A DNA stretch of 64,000 nucleotides from a bacterium (lineage in GTDB: Bacteria; Patescibacteriota; Patescibacteriia; JACPHY01), in contig JAUSKG010000022.1 in assembly GCA_030647005.1 (NCBI GenBank), forward strand, positions 18,196 through 82,195. The letters are read 5' to 3'. The position numbers were made by a program, and so were the translations under genes. Of this stretch, positions 30,965 through 44,452 are shown piece by piece (within the stretch, counting starts at the first letter, position 1; every line of letters starts with the position of its first letter). The notes beneath the pieces were generated by a model. It was not told the origin of the DNA. It made no database searches and saw nothing but the letters and a program-made list of their open reading frames with translations.

Positions 30965-32001
30965 AGGGATTGCGTGGTGCGCGTGAGCATCACAAATTGC
31001 CCACGACGACCGACCGCACGAAACCCAGCTGACGCGAAGAGTGCGAGCGACGCCGCATTCTCTTCGGCAATCTCCGCGGTGATGGAACGCACGTCGGGGA
31101 ATGCGGTCCGGCACGCCGCACCCGCCTCACGCAACGCGGCCGCGCCCAATCCCTTGCCGCGATGCTCGGCGGCGATCGCAAGCGTGATCTCCGCGGTATC
31201 CGCGTGCTGATCAAAGCGCACCTGCCCTACCGGCATCCCATCGGTGCTGACGATGTACAGCGCACGCGTAGGATCCGCGAGTACGGATGCCACCCATGCG
31301 ACGTGCGCATCCCATGGGACCGCATGCGGTGTACGGTAAAACTGGTACGCAGAAGGATCATTTCGCCACGCGAAGAGCGTCGCCGCATCCGCGAGCGTCG
31401 CGGGCCGGAGCGTCACCACACGCGACATGCGCGCGGCAAGATGCCGTTCGGCATCGGCGGGCGCTGCGACGTGCGCGGCATACGCACGGATCTTCGCGTA
31501 CTCCAGTATGACGGCTGCGGCAGCGGTATCCCGGCGTTCGCTCGGCACCGCACCCCACGGCAACTCCGCGGGCTGGTTCACGATACGCCCAAACCACCCG
31601 ACCTCCTGCGCGCGCTTCAGGAACGTGAGAAACGCGCGGAGCTGGTGGTGTGGGGAGGCGACGAGGAGAAGTGTACGCCATTGATACTCCTGCGCGAGCG
31701 CGAGCACATGAACGGCCTGATCGCGCGTATGCATCGCATTGGCATCGAGTACGATGGCCGATACGGGCACCGCGCGTTCGCAGAGCCACCCCGCGAGATG
31801 GTCCACGGTCACCGGAGAGCGAACACGATTGCCCGTAATCGCGACCTGCGCAGCAAAACCGCCGCGAAACAACGCAAGAACCTTCGCTCCCCTATCGTAT
31901 CCGTTGCCCTGGAGCCACACAATCGCATCCGCACGCTCCGGTGCCTGCGTCAGGATACGCGCGTGGATCGCGTCGAGCGCGGGATTACCCGACAGCGGCA
32001 T
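30961..32001 (-). CDS. YdcF/DUF218-like domain fused to PseH-like GNAT
   Basis: N-terminal DAIVWLQG, AMHTRDQA, LVASPHHQLRA; C-terminal LFAWRND, VGQVRFD, RGKGLG, ENAASLALF; start uncertain (32001 or 32046). Confidence 0.75.
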   Translation of the reverse strand: MPLSGNPALDAIHARILTQAPERADAIVWLQGNGYDRGAKVLALFRGGFAAQVAITGNRVRSPVTVDHLAGWLCERAVPVSAIVLDANAMHTRDQAVHVLALAQEYQWRTLLLVASPHHQLRAFLTFLKRAQEVGWFGRIVNQPAELPWGAVPSERRDTAAAAVILEYAKIRAYAAHVAAPADAERHLAARMSRVVTLRPATLADAATLFAWRNDPSAYQFYRTPHAVPWDAHVAWVASVLADPTRALYIVSTDGMPVGQVRFDQHADTAEITLAIAAEHRGKGLGAAALREAGAACRTAFPDVRSITAEIAEENAASLALFASAGFRAVGRRGQFVMLTRTTQSL

Positions 32002-32869
32002 GCCATCGCGTGGGGTCCACGAGGCCGCTGGTTCCTGGAGGGACATACTGTTCAAGGATAGCAGCACATGCACCGCACGGCGCATTCCACGCTGCTGCGA
32101 GTTCCGCAACCTGCAATGCCGTCTCTGCGCCAACGAGCACGTCCGCAGCAGGGCATCGTTCACGCACGTACGCAAGTGCCAGCGCGATCGGCGAAACCGC
32201 ACGGTCATCACACACACGCCGAATACCCGCGAGTGCCTCGCGTGCACCCGGAATCGGCGGCGCGTCGTCCGGCGCCATCGTCAGGAGCCCTTGGAGCAGC
32301 ACGCTCCGCACGACGATACGCTTTCCCAACGCGGCAGCGCGATCGAATATCTCGGCTGTGAGAAACCGACGATCCACGATGCTCGTGGGTACCTGCACGA
32401 ATGTGACATCCGTGAGCGCCAACGCAGCCAACGCCTCCTCCGGAGTGTAGACCGATATCCCGATATGCTCAACGACGCCGCCACCGATCATCTGCACGAG
32501 TGCAGGACGAACCGTGCCCCACCGCGCGAGGAGCGTCCGCCGCACCAGGAGACCATCGAGTCGCGCAACGCCAAGGCGCTCCCGCGATGCACCCACGCTC
32601 TGCACGATCGCCGCCGCATCCGCGCCGTCACCTTCCGCCCCCAGTTTCGTCGTGACCCGCGCGGCATCAGCGATGTCGAGCGTACGGAATGCCGCTCCCA
32701 TTCGCTCCTCGGCATCCCCGTAGTCCGGCGCCGTATCGAACGCACGAACTCCCGCCCCCCACGCTGCCGCGATAATCGCATGCGCGCCAACCATATCTGG
32801 CTGCCCGACACGATTGGCAATGCCGTACCGCTGCCCAAGTTGAGCCGTACCGAGCATGAGATTACCCAT
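31985..32869 (-). CDS. Aldo/keto reductase
   Basis: LGTAQLGQRYG, FDTAPDYG, IGISVY, RSVLLQG. Confidence 0.9.
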   Translation of the reverse strand: MGNLMLGTAQLGQRYGIANRVGQPDMVGAHAIIAAAWGAGVRAFDTAPDYGDAEERMGAAFRTLDIADAARVTTKLGAEGDGADAAAIVQSVGASRERLGVARLDGLLVRRTLLARWGTVRPALVQMIGGGVVEHIGISVYTPEEALAALALTDVTFVQVPTSIVDRRFLTAEIFDRAAALGKRIVVRSVLLQGLLTMAPDDAPPIPGAREALAGIRRVCDDRAVSPIALALAYVRERCPAADVLVGAETALQVAELAAAWNAPCGACAAILEQYVPPGTSGLVDPTRWHAAVG

Positions 32870-32877
32870 ACATAGCC

Positions 32878-32906
32878 ATTGCAGTCCGTATCCCCTGCGC
32901 TGTCAA
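32878..32906 (-). promoter_or_regulatory. Putative sigma70 promoter, probably leaderless aldo/keto reductase transcript
   Basis: TTGACA-17 nt-TGCAAT, ATG 8 nt downstream. Confidence 0.5.
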
Positions 32907-32936
32907 ACGAAACGCCGCCCGGGATATCGGGCGGCG
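32905..32936 (-). terminator. Probable intrinsic terminator
   Basis: CGCCGCCCG-ggatat-CGGGCGGCG hairpin followed by TTTCGTTT on minus strand, just after the 32945 stop. Confidence 0.65.
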
Positions 32937-32944
32937 CACTGGTA

Positions 32945-33907
32945 TCATACGGGGCCGCGTGCGTCGAGGTACCGCGCCCGGAAGTCCGCAATGATGCGCT
33001 CAGCGGACCACTGACGGAACGGAATTTCGAGGCAAACAATTTCCATGGTCTTGAGCGCGTCGCGGATCGGCGCTGGAGCCGGCGCGTCCATGTAGTCGCT
33101 CACATCAATAAGTGTCGGCGGGATGCCAGAGAAGTGACAGATGGGCCAGTGCGGCAGCGCGAGGTACGCCGCAATGGAGCGATCAAACCAATCGAGCACC
33201 GAGCACGTCGGGGATTCCTTTGCCAGCACGGTGTACTGATTTACAGCAACCGCAACGTGTGTGAAATCAATGAGGCAGCGCCACCCGGACCCGAGGGCGA
33301 CGAGGAGCATCTCCATGTCCTCCGGCGTACCACCGAACCCCCAAAACATATCCCGACTCCAGGACGTGCGCGCACCAATCACGGCCTCGTACCACTCCCG
33401 CTTGACGACAGGGGGCACGTTCTCCACCGCGAGACACGACCCATCATCGAGACCACCGAGTGCGTCCATCATCCGCCGCCGCGCCTCGCCGTCATCGTGG
33501 TACTGCCCGTACCCGGGATGCACCACGCCCATGGGGATGCCATGCGGGCGCACTGCTGCGCGTGCGACGCATTTCCCCCACACGATGGTTTCCGCGCACC
33601 ATTCCGCCCAGCTGCGATCGAGCGGTCTCCCGCGTATCGCGTAGGAACCGGTCTCGTCGAATCGCTCCGCAAAATCCACCCCGCAGTTCTCGGCACCGAA
33701 GTGCACAAACACTGGCATTCCGGTGGGCAGTCGAGCCACGATGCCCGGCAGATCATCCGTGGTGACCCCAGGTGTGTAGCTCGAATGTGCGACGCGCATC
33801 TGAATACCCTGTATGATGCCACGCTCGAAGAGCACGCACTGGAGTACGAAGTGCTGATCCTGTGCGACGAGATTCTCAAACCACAATCCACCGTAGACAT
33901 CTACCAT
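32945..33907 (-). CDS. Hypothetical protein, possible AP-endonuclease-2/xylose-isomerase-like TIM barrel
   Basis: VHFG, VVHPG, AVEN, IDFTH, CHFS, CLE pattern resembles metal ligands of this fold. Confidence 0.5.
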   Translation of the reverse strand: MVDVYGGLWFENLVAQDQHFVLQCVLFERGIIQGIQMRVAHSSYTPGVTTDDLPGIVARLPTGMPVFVHFGAENCGVDFAERFDETGSYAIRGRPLDRSWAEWCAETIVWGKCVARAAVRPHGIPMGVVHPGYGQYHDDGEARRRMMDALGGLDDGSCLAVENVPPVVKREWYEAVIGARTSWSRDMFWGFGGTPEDMEMLLVALGSGWRCLIDFTHVAVAVNQYTVLAKESPTCSVLDWFDRSIAAYLALPHWPICHFSGIPPTLIDVSDYMDAPAPAPIRDALKTMEIVCLEIPFRQWSAERIIADFRARYLDARGPV

Positions 33908-33987
33908 CACTATTCTCCATGGAAAAGAACCACGCCGCAACAGTATCCTGCTGCGGCGAAAGACGCAAGTATCTGCGGTACCACACG

Positions 33988-36513
33988 TCAATTGTACCTC
34001 CGGAACACCGGCTTCACTGCGGGTCCCACGAGATACCGATCACGGTGCGCGGTATCATTGAGCGCGCGCGAATACGCGGGGAGCACGCGCTCCACTGCGG
34101 CGAGCGTCTCGGCAATCTCCGCGTCGCCGTGTGAGAAGGAAAGCACAAACGCACCTTGGAAGAGCATCCGCTCCTTGATCATCTCCTGCAGGAGTATCGT
34201 CTTCAGTACGAGCGAAACCGTCCCATCGCGCTCGGTGCACTGTACCATCGTGTTGCATGGGAAACCGATGACGCGGATGGAATCGGTAAGCCCTGCGGCG
34301 GCAAGGCGGCTACGAAGACCGTTCTGGAGCTGCACCCCGCGCTCCCAGAGGTGCCGTGCAACATCCTCGCGCTCGACCGTGATGATCGCTGCATACGCTG
34401 CCGCAAGCGCAATCGTTTCTGCGCCGTGGGTCGTCGAAATAAGAAACACGCGCGGCTTATCGTGATGGAGACCGCCGAGCTCCATGACATCGCGCCGTCC
34501 GGCGAGCACTGCGCACGAGTATCCGTTGGCAATGCCCTTGCCGTACGTCGAAAGATCCGGATGGATCTTGTACCGCGCCTGCGCGCCACCGATACCAAAC
34601 CGGAAGCCCGTAATCATCTCGTCCATGATGAGCAACGCGCCCTCGCGTGCAGTAATCGCGCGCACGCCCTCCAAAAACCCAGGCGCCGGATCTTCCGTGG
34701 TCATCGCCTCCATAATGACGCACGCAATCTCTCCGGGATGCTCCGCGAAAAGCTGCTCGACACTCGCGAGATCGTTATAGGCGAACTTTAATGTCAATCC
34801 CTTAATCTCCTCGGGGACGCCTGCGTCGCATGCAGTGGTGCCAATGAACCAATCGTCGTAACTGAAGAACGGCTGATTGCACGCGGCGATGTACTTCCGT
34901 CCGGTAAACGCCCGCGCGAGCTTCGTTGCCGCCGTCGTCACTGTGGAACCATTCTTTGCAAACTTGACCATGTCCGCGTGCGGAAGTTTCGCGGTGAGGA
35001 GATCTGCAAGCTCAAACTCGACAACGTGCGGGCGTCCAAAATTGGTGCCCATGTCCATCTGCGCGCGCACGGCCTCCTGCACCGCCGGGTAGCAGTGCCC
35101 AAGGAGCACGGAGCGCAACCCCATGCACCAGTCCACATACTCCACGCCGTCGCTACCGATCACGCGCGCACCATTCCCGCGCACGATGGCCGCGGGCGCA
35201 TTGGCGGAGAACTGATCATCGCCTTTCGAATTCGTATGCGCACCACCGGGGATAAGATCATGGCGGCGAGCGAGGAGCGCATCGAGTGACGCGCTGGTGC
35301 GCGGAGAGACATCACGACGTGCAGGGAGTGCGGAATAGTGTTGGATGCATTGCGTGACGGTGGCGATGACACGCTGCACGTCGTCATCACTCATGGCAGG
35401 GAAGAGCGGAATCGTGAGGCAGTGGTCGTAGTACGCCTCGGCGCTCGGACACCGCACGGCAGCGTACGCGGACTGCGCACGGTAGTACGGGTGACGGTAC
35501 ACGGGGAGATAGTGTACTTGCGTCCCAACCCCGCGAGCAGCGAGGTCCGCAACGACTGCCGCGCGCGTCGTCCCGAGCGCGGCAAAATCACACTGGAGGA
35601 CATACAGGTGCGCGTTCGTCACGCGATCGGGCAGCCATGTCGGCGGCGTGAGGTGTGGGATACCGGAAAACGCCGCATCGTACGCCGCGACGATCGCGCG
35701 ACGGCGCGCCATGAACTGCGGGAGCTTCTGGAGCTGCGAAATGCCGAGTGCCGCCTGGAGATCCGTGAGGAAGTAGTTGTACCCCAATGCAATCTCCTCG
35801 TGATACCACGGCCCGTCAGCCGGTGATCGAAACTGAAGCGGGTCTTTCGTGATGCCGTGACCGCGGAGCAGCGCGATGCGATCGCGGAGCGCCGCATCGC
35901 GCGCGGTGACTGCGCCGCCTTCCCCAGTCGTAATGTGCTTCACGGGATGAAAGCTGAACACCGCGAAATCGCTCTGCGTGCACGCACCGATGATCTGCCC
36001 GCGATAGACGGACCCGAGCGTATGGCACGCGTCCTCAATAATCCAAACCTTCTTGCCAAATCGCCGCTCCGCATCGCGCGCGATCATGGCGATTGCGTCC
36101 ATGTCCGCGCTCTGTCCGGCAAAGTGCACGGGAATGATCGCGCGCGTCCGTGCAGTCACCTTCCGTGCAACATCCGCGACATCCACGCATGTCGTCGCGG
36201 GGTCAACGTCCGCGAACACCGTCACCGCACCGCAGTATGCAACGCAGTTTGCACTTGCTGCGAAGGTGATCGCAGGAACAATAACCTCATCGCCCGTACC
36301 AATTCCTGCCGCGAGACAAGCGAGGTGCAGTCCCGCAGTTCCGGAAGAGCATGCGACGACGTGCGGCGTACCAACGACCGGGACGAGCGCGCGCTCAAAT
36401 GCGGCAATCGTCGGCCCGCGGGCGATCGTCGCAGACCGGAGGACCGCAGCTACCGCCGCGATGTCGTCCGCATCCACCATCTGGCGTCCGTACGGAATGA
36501 TCTGCTCGTTCAT
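33988..36513 (-). CDS. pseC: Fusion of PseC aminotransferase and glutamate-1-semialdehyde-aminomutase-like class III aminotransferase
   Basis: N half IPYGRQ, IEDACH, FSFHPVKHITTGEGG; C half FAKNGSTVT, MDEMITGFR, TYGKGIANG. Confidence 0.88.
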   Translation of the reverse strand: MNEQIIPYGRQMVDADDIAAVAAVLRSATIARGPTIAAFERALVPVVGTPHVVACSSGTAGLHLACLAAGIGTGDEVIVPAITFAASANCVAYCGAVTVFADVDPATTCVDVADVARKVTARTRAIIPVHFAGQSADMDAIAMIARDAERRFGKKVWIIEDACHTLGSVYRGQIIGACTQSDFAVFSFHPVKHITTGEGGAVTARDAALRDRIALLRGHGITKDPLQFRSPADGPWYHEEIALGYNYFLTDLQAALGISQLQKLPQFMARRRAIVAAYDAAFSGIPHLTPPTWLPDRVTNAHLYVLQCDFAALGTTRAAVVADLAARGVGTQVHYLPVYRHPYYRAQSAYAAVRCPSAEAYYDHCLTIPLFPAMSDDDVQRVIATVTQCIQHYSALPARRDVSPRTSASLDALLARRHDLIPGGAHTNSKGDDQFSANAPAAIVRGNGARVIGSDGVEYVDWCMGLRSVLLGHCYPAVQEAVRAQMDMGTNFGRPHVVEFELADLLTAKLPHADMVKFAKNGSTVTTAATKLARAFTGRKYIAACNQPFFSYDDWFIGTTACDAGVPEEIKGLTLKFAYNDLASVEQLFAEHPGEIACVIMEAMTTEDPAPGFLEGVRAITAREGALLIMDEMITGFRFGIGGAQARYKIHPDLSTYGKGIANGYSCAVLAGRRDVMELGGLHHDKPRVFLISTTHGAETIALAAAYAAIITVEREDVARHLWERGVQLQNGLRSRLAAAGLTDSIRVIGFPCNTMVQCTERDGTVSLVLKTILLQEMIKERMLFQGAFVLSFSHGDAEIAETLAAVERVLPAYSRALNDTAHRDRYLVGPAVKPVFRRYN

Positions 36514-37565
36514 ACTGGTGCGCCGGACGGCGTTGCAATCGGTATGTGCAGGTGCTCGGCATGCTGTGCGCCATCGAGTACCGCAATGGCCTGCCGAAGA
36601 TGCGACACATCAAAGAACCAGGAGTTACTGTCTGAACTGTACTCAAACCCATCGCGACAACGCGCTGCGTCCCGGTACGCTGCAGCGCGCTGTGCAAAAC
36701 GATCCTGCGGGAGGAGCATGTAGTACCCACGGAATTCCAGCGTGTTCCGGGAGTCATCACGACCAATGAGCACTTCGTGGATCTTTTCTCCCGGACGAAT
36801 ACCGACATGCTCCTGTCGAACGCCTGGCGCAATCGCTTCCGCGAGATCAGAAATTTTCATCGAGGGAATCTTCGGCACGAAAATCTCATACCCCTTTGCG
36901 GCCATGAGCACGCCGAGCACAAACCGCGCCGCCTGATCGAGCGTAATCCAGAACCGCGTCATGCGGGGGTCTGTAACCGGAATAACACCCTGTACCGCGC
37001 ACTGCCGGAAGTACGGAATGACTGACCCACGGGAACCTATGACATTTCCATACCGTACAACCGTAAAAACCTTCTCATGTCCACTGCCGTACGCGTTCGC
37101 GGCAATGAAAAGCTTGTCCGAGCAGAGCTTCGTTGCGCCGTAAAGATTGATCGGGTTACACGCCTTGTCTGTCGAGAGCGCAATAACACGCTTCACGCCA
37201 TTCTCCAACGCAGCATCAATGACATGCATAGCACCCATGACGTTCGTGCGAATGCACTCCGCGGGATTGTACTCCGCGGCCGGAACCTGCTTCAATGCCG
37301 CTGCGTGCACGACGTAGTCCACTCCATGGAATGCACGGATGAGCCGCTCGCGATCACGCACGTCACCGATGAAGTACCGGAGACAGGGGTACCGCTCGGT
37401 GCTCAACTGTTGCTGCATCTCATATTGCTTGAGCTCATCGCGGCTGAAGATGATGAGTTTCTTCGGTTTCCAATTCGCGAGGATGTACTGGGTGAGTTGC
37501 TTACCCAGTGAACCGGTGCCGCCGGTAATGAGAATGGTGCTGCCGTCGAACTCCGCGTATGGCAT
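36510..37565 (-). CDS. pseB: UDP-N-acetylglucosamine 4,6-dehydratase (inverting)
   Basis: ITGGTGSLG, FSRDELKQ, HAAALKQVP, STDKA, YGATK, RYGNVIGSRGSV, GIRPGEK. Confidence 0.95.
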   Translation of the reverse strand: MPYAEFDGSTILITGGTGSLGKQLTQYILANWKPKKLIIFSRDELKQYEMQQQLSTERYPCLRYFIGDVRDRERLIRAFHGVDYVVHAAALKQVPAAEYNPAECIRTNVMGAMHVIDAALENGVKRVIALSTDKACNPINLYGATKLCSDKLFIAANAYGSGHEKVFTVVRYGNVIGSRGSVIPYFRQCAVQGVIPVTDPRMTRFWITLDQAARFVLGVLMAAKGYEIFVPKIPSMKISDLAEAIAPGVRQEHVGIRPGEKIHEVLIGRDDSRNTLEFRGYYMLLPQDRFAQRAAAYRDAARCRDGFEYSSDSNSWFFDVSHLRQAIAVLDGAQHAEHLHIPIATPSGAPV

Positions 37566-37574
37566 AGATGATCG

Positions 37575-38276
37575 TTACCGATTTTCCGATGATGCCGGTG
37601 CGCGCATGTAGGAGGTCATGGTACTCCCAGCGAGAGCGTGCGCAGCGAGTCCGGGAAGACGACTCACGAGAAACAACGCGTTACCAGCTGCGGAGGGAAA
37701 GCCGAGCGCGAGCGCGAGCGCCGCAAGGCATCCGTCCACATTCAGAGGGATACGACGACCCTTCGCCGTCGCGAGTGCCTCCGAGAGCGCACGAGCACGC
37801 TCCAAAGGAGGCCCTGCGATCCCGAGCGTCGAGGCGCGAATAAAAAGTGCGGTGGTCCGCGGGTCCTCCTCCGTATACACCTTATGCCCAAAACCGGGGA
37901 GACGTTCGTCTGCGGCGATGGCTGCATGCACAACCGCGACCGGATCGCCCGCGCGCGCTAACAACTCCATCGCCGCACTCACCGCGCACCCGTGCCGCGG
38001 CCCCATGGTGAGAATGCCGGCGGCGATCGCGGTGTGGAGCGCGTTCCCCGTCGAAGCCGAGACCCGCGCCGCCACGGTGGATGGTGGCTCCTCTCCGTGA
38101 TCGCACGCAGCGACGAGCATCGCATCGAGCATGGCGCGCTCGCGCTCAAGCGGCCGCGATCCGCGAAGGAGGAGAAACACCACATCCACGAACGATGCCT
38201 CGGCGATGAGGGACGCGAGCGGAACGCCGACAACGTCGGGTGCATGCTCATGATGCGTGGAATTCATAGTATGCAT
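37575..38276 (-). CDS. Citryl-CoA lyase (citrate-synthase-like domain)
   Basis: DHG..PPST, GPRHG, LPGFGHKVY..DPR, LNVDG; about 230 aa stand-alone. Confidence 0.82.
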   Translation of the reverse strand: MHTMNSTHHEHAPDVVGVPLASLIAEASFVDVVFLLLRGSRPLERERAMLDAMLVAACDHGEEPPSTVAARVSASTGNALHTAIAAGILTMGPRHGCAVSAAMELLARAGDPVAVVHAAIAADERLPGFGHKVYTEEDPRTTALFIRASTLGIAGPPLERARALSEALATAKGRRIPLNVDGCLAALALALGFPSAAGNALFLVSRLPGLAAHALAGSTMTSYMRAPASSENR

Positions 38277-38379
38277 ACCACTGCTCCGCGACGAACAGCG
38301 TGCATCTCTCCAAGCTCCTGAAGAGTGCCGCAACATCCGTATCCCCATCATTGCGAAACAACGAGAGCGTGTCCAATGA

Positions 38380-38410
38380 ACGAAATGCAGCCCCCAGAAG
38401 AGGGGCTGCA
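38380..38410 (-). terminator. Probable terminator after the Cys-rich repeat gene
   Basis: TGCAGCCCC...GGGGCTGCA hairpin followed by TTTCGTT on minus strand. Confidence 0.55.
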
Positions 38411-38425
38411 CGTACTCCACCAACG

Positions 38426-42400
<3,975 letters not shown>

Positions 42401-42440
42401 CACGTCCTCCGTCGTTCCGTTGTTCTGTTGTGAAGGAGCT

Positions 42441-42490
42441 CCTCTTCCCCGCTCAACCCCATGTTGCCATGGGGTTGAGCGGGGAAGAGG
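42441..42490. repeat. Perfect 23-bp inverted repeat, 4-nt loop
   Basis: CCTCTTCCCCGCTCAACCCCATG-ttgc-CATGGGGTTGAGCGGGGAAGAGG. Confidence 0.9.
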
Positions 42491-42506
42491 CGCGTCGCAA
42501 CGCGCC

Positions 42507-43475
42507 TCATGGAGCAGCTCCACCGGTGTCCTCATCTTCCATGATGAGGAGGACGATCGCGGTGATCGCAACGCTCGCACCAACTCCCAAGAGGATGTTC
42601 GCTCGCACGCCGGCAGCTTCGCCCTGCTCCTTCGCCGCGACCGCCTCGAGCTGTGTCGCGGCAATCGAGAATCCCTCCTGCGCAGACACCGTCTCCCATC
42701 CCTGCCACGCGCCGAGTCCGATTCCCGCGAGTCCGAGCGCGACACCGGACCACTCGGCGATCACGAGGCCGTAGGATGGTTTCTCCGGCACGTCAAAGTC
42801 ACGGAATGGAGGTGTCAACGGTGCGCGCGAAGGGTCGGAATGATCCACGTCCGTTGCGGGTGGCGGATCGTCCTGACGAGATGGCGGGACAGTCATCACC
42901 GCATTGTTCGGCGGAGATGGGAGGTCCTCGACAGCAGGAACGATGTGCTCGTCCGACGCATCTGCTCCCTGCGTGCGCATCGTGCGAAAGAATTGCTCCG
43001 CCTGTCGCTTGAATTCCCGCGTGAGCACTCCCGCACCACCGGAAACCTCGAAGGTTGCTCGGTCGCTCACCGTCGAGCTCGCGACACGCACGCGGAACAG
43101 CGTCGCCTGGAACACCGTCACCTCCAGCCGATCAATGGAGACCATGACGATGGACTGCACGCGCAGCGTGCTGCCGATCTGCGCGAGGCACAGGATATCC
43201 ATTGCGCATCCTTGGACGGCAACGACTGGCGAGAAGCCGAGCAGGCGTTCCGCATCGGTGATGGAAACGATATCGCCAAGCTGTCCCTCAAGGTGCGCGG
43301 TTACGAGGAGGATAGACGAGAGCTCCTCCGCCGTCGCTCCGGCAATCGCACCGTTCGCTATGACTGGCACCACGAAGGTGCGCTCGCGGGGTTCTTTCGC
43401 CTCAGCACTGCCGATCACGCTCGTCATGAAGACGAGGGCGATTGTACGCGCACACCACGTTCGCAGAAACTGCAT
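42507..43475 (-). CDS. Secreted/membrane hypothetical protein resembling myxobacterial exported proteins
   Basis: Signal peptide, GCAMDILCLAQIG motif, Pro-rich linker, two Gly-rich C-terminal hydrophobic helices; GAGGAGG Shine-Dalgarno. Confidence 0.7.
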   Translation of the reverse strand: MQFLRTWCARTIALVFMTSVIGSAEAKEPRERTFVVPVIANGAIAGATAEELSSILLVTAHLEGQLGDIVSITDAERLLGFSPVVAVQGCAMDILCLAQIGSTLRVQSIVMVSIDRLEVTVFQATLFRVRVASSTVSDRATFEVSGGAGVLTREFKRQAEQFFRTMRTQGADASDEHIVPAVEDLPSPPNNAVMTVPPSRQDDPPPATDVDHSDPSRAPLTPPFRDFDVPEKPSYGLVIAEWSGVALGLAGIGLGAWQGWETVSAQEGFSIAATQLEAVAAKEQGEAAGVRANILLGVGASVAITAIVLLIMEDEDTGGAAP

Positions 43476-43520
43476 GGAAATCCTCCTCTCCGTACTCTCT
43501 CCTCCAAAGGACTTGCGCTG

Positions 43521-43549
43521 AGGATACCCTGCGTGCGGCGCATCGTCAA
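43521..43549 (-). promoter_or_regulatory. Putative sigma70 promoter for the two-gene myxobacterial-like cassette
   Basis: TTGACG-17 nt-TATCCT overlapping the folD stop. Confidence 0.55.
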
Positions 43550-44376
43550 ACGCGCGCCTGCGCGGCGCGGACGGTCTGCGCGAGGAGCATGGCGACGGTG
43601 ACGGGTCCCACGCCACCCGGGACCGGCGTGAGTGCGCCTGCGACCTCCGCGACATCCAGCGCGACGTCACCGACGACCTTCCCGTTCACGCGCGCCCACC
43701 CGACATCAATGACCGTTGCGCCTGCGGCAACCATCTCGCGTGTCACCATCCCGGGCTTGCCAGAGGCCACGATGAGGAGCTCGGCGTTGCGGCATGCATC
43801 GGCGAGCGCGGCCGTCTTCGTGTGTGCAATCGTCACCGTCGCATCGCGGGCTAAGAGCATCCCTGCGAGCGGGAGACCGACAAGACGCGACCTCCCAACG
43901 ATCGTGGTGCGTACTCCGACAATCGGTATGTGGTAAAAATCGAGGATGCTGAGTACCGCCGCAGCGGTTGCTGCGCGAAATCCCGGCTCGTTGAGGTACG
44001 CTGCAGCGATATTCGCGGAGGTAAGTCCATCCACATCCTTTGATGGATCAATAGCATCGAGAACGGCGTGCATGGCGATGGCACGAACGAGCGGGAGCTG
44101 TACGATGATGCCGTCCACCGAATCGTCATCGCTCCAACGCCGCACCCGTGCGACGAGTGCATCGGTCGTGCGCGATTGCTCTGGTACTGCGTCCACCGTG
44201 CAGCGCATGCCGACCTGCTCGACCATGCTCATTTTCTTTGCCACGTACGTCCGTGACTCCTCCCGATCTGTGGCGAGTACGACCACGAGATGTGGCGGTC
44301 GCACACACACCGATACGTCCGCGCGCACGCGCGCGAGTATCGCATCTGCAACGGGTTGACCACGAAGTACGGTCAT
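43546..44376 (-). CDS. folD: Methylenetetrahydrofolate dehydrogenase/cyclohydrolase
   Basis: YVAKK, GIIVQLPL, KDVDG, GRSRLVGLP, TPVPGGVGPVT. Confidence 0.95.
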   Translation of the reverse strand: MTVLRGQPVADAILARVRADVSVCVRPPHLVVVLATDREESRTYVAKKMSMVEQVGMRCTVDAVPEQSRTTDALVARVRRWSDDDSVDGIIVQLPLVRAIAMHAVLDAIDPSKDVDGLTSANIAAAYLNEPGFRAATAAAVLSILDFYHIPIVGVRTTIVGRSRLVGLPLAGMLLARDATVTIAHTKTAALADACRNAELLIVASGKPGMVTREMVAAGATVIDVGWARVNGKVVGDVALDVAEVAGALTPVPGGVGPVTVAMLLAQTVRAAQARV

Positions 44377-44452
44377 AGAGCGATCGCTGCACCGATCTCG
44401 CAAATAGTGCGCAGATACATGCACGTATACGGCGACAAACAACTTAGGACAC

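Noticed and set aside
33988-35300. hemL / tetrapyrrole biosynthesis
   Set aside because: The domain is fused to PseC inside a sugar locus and no other hem genes are present
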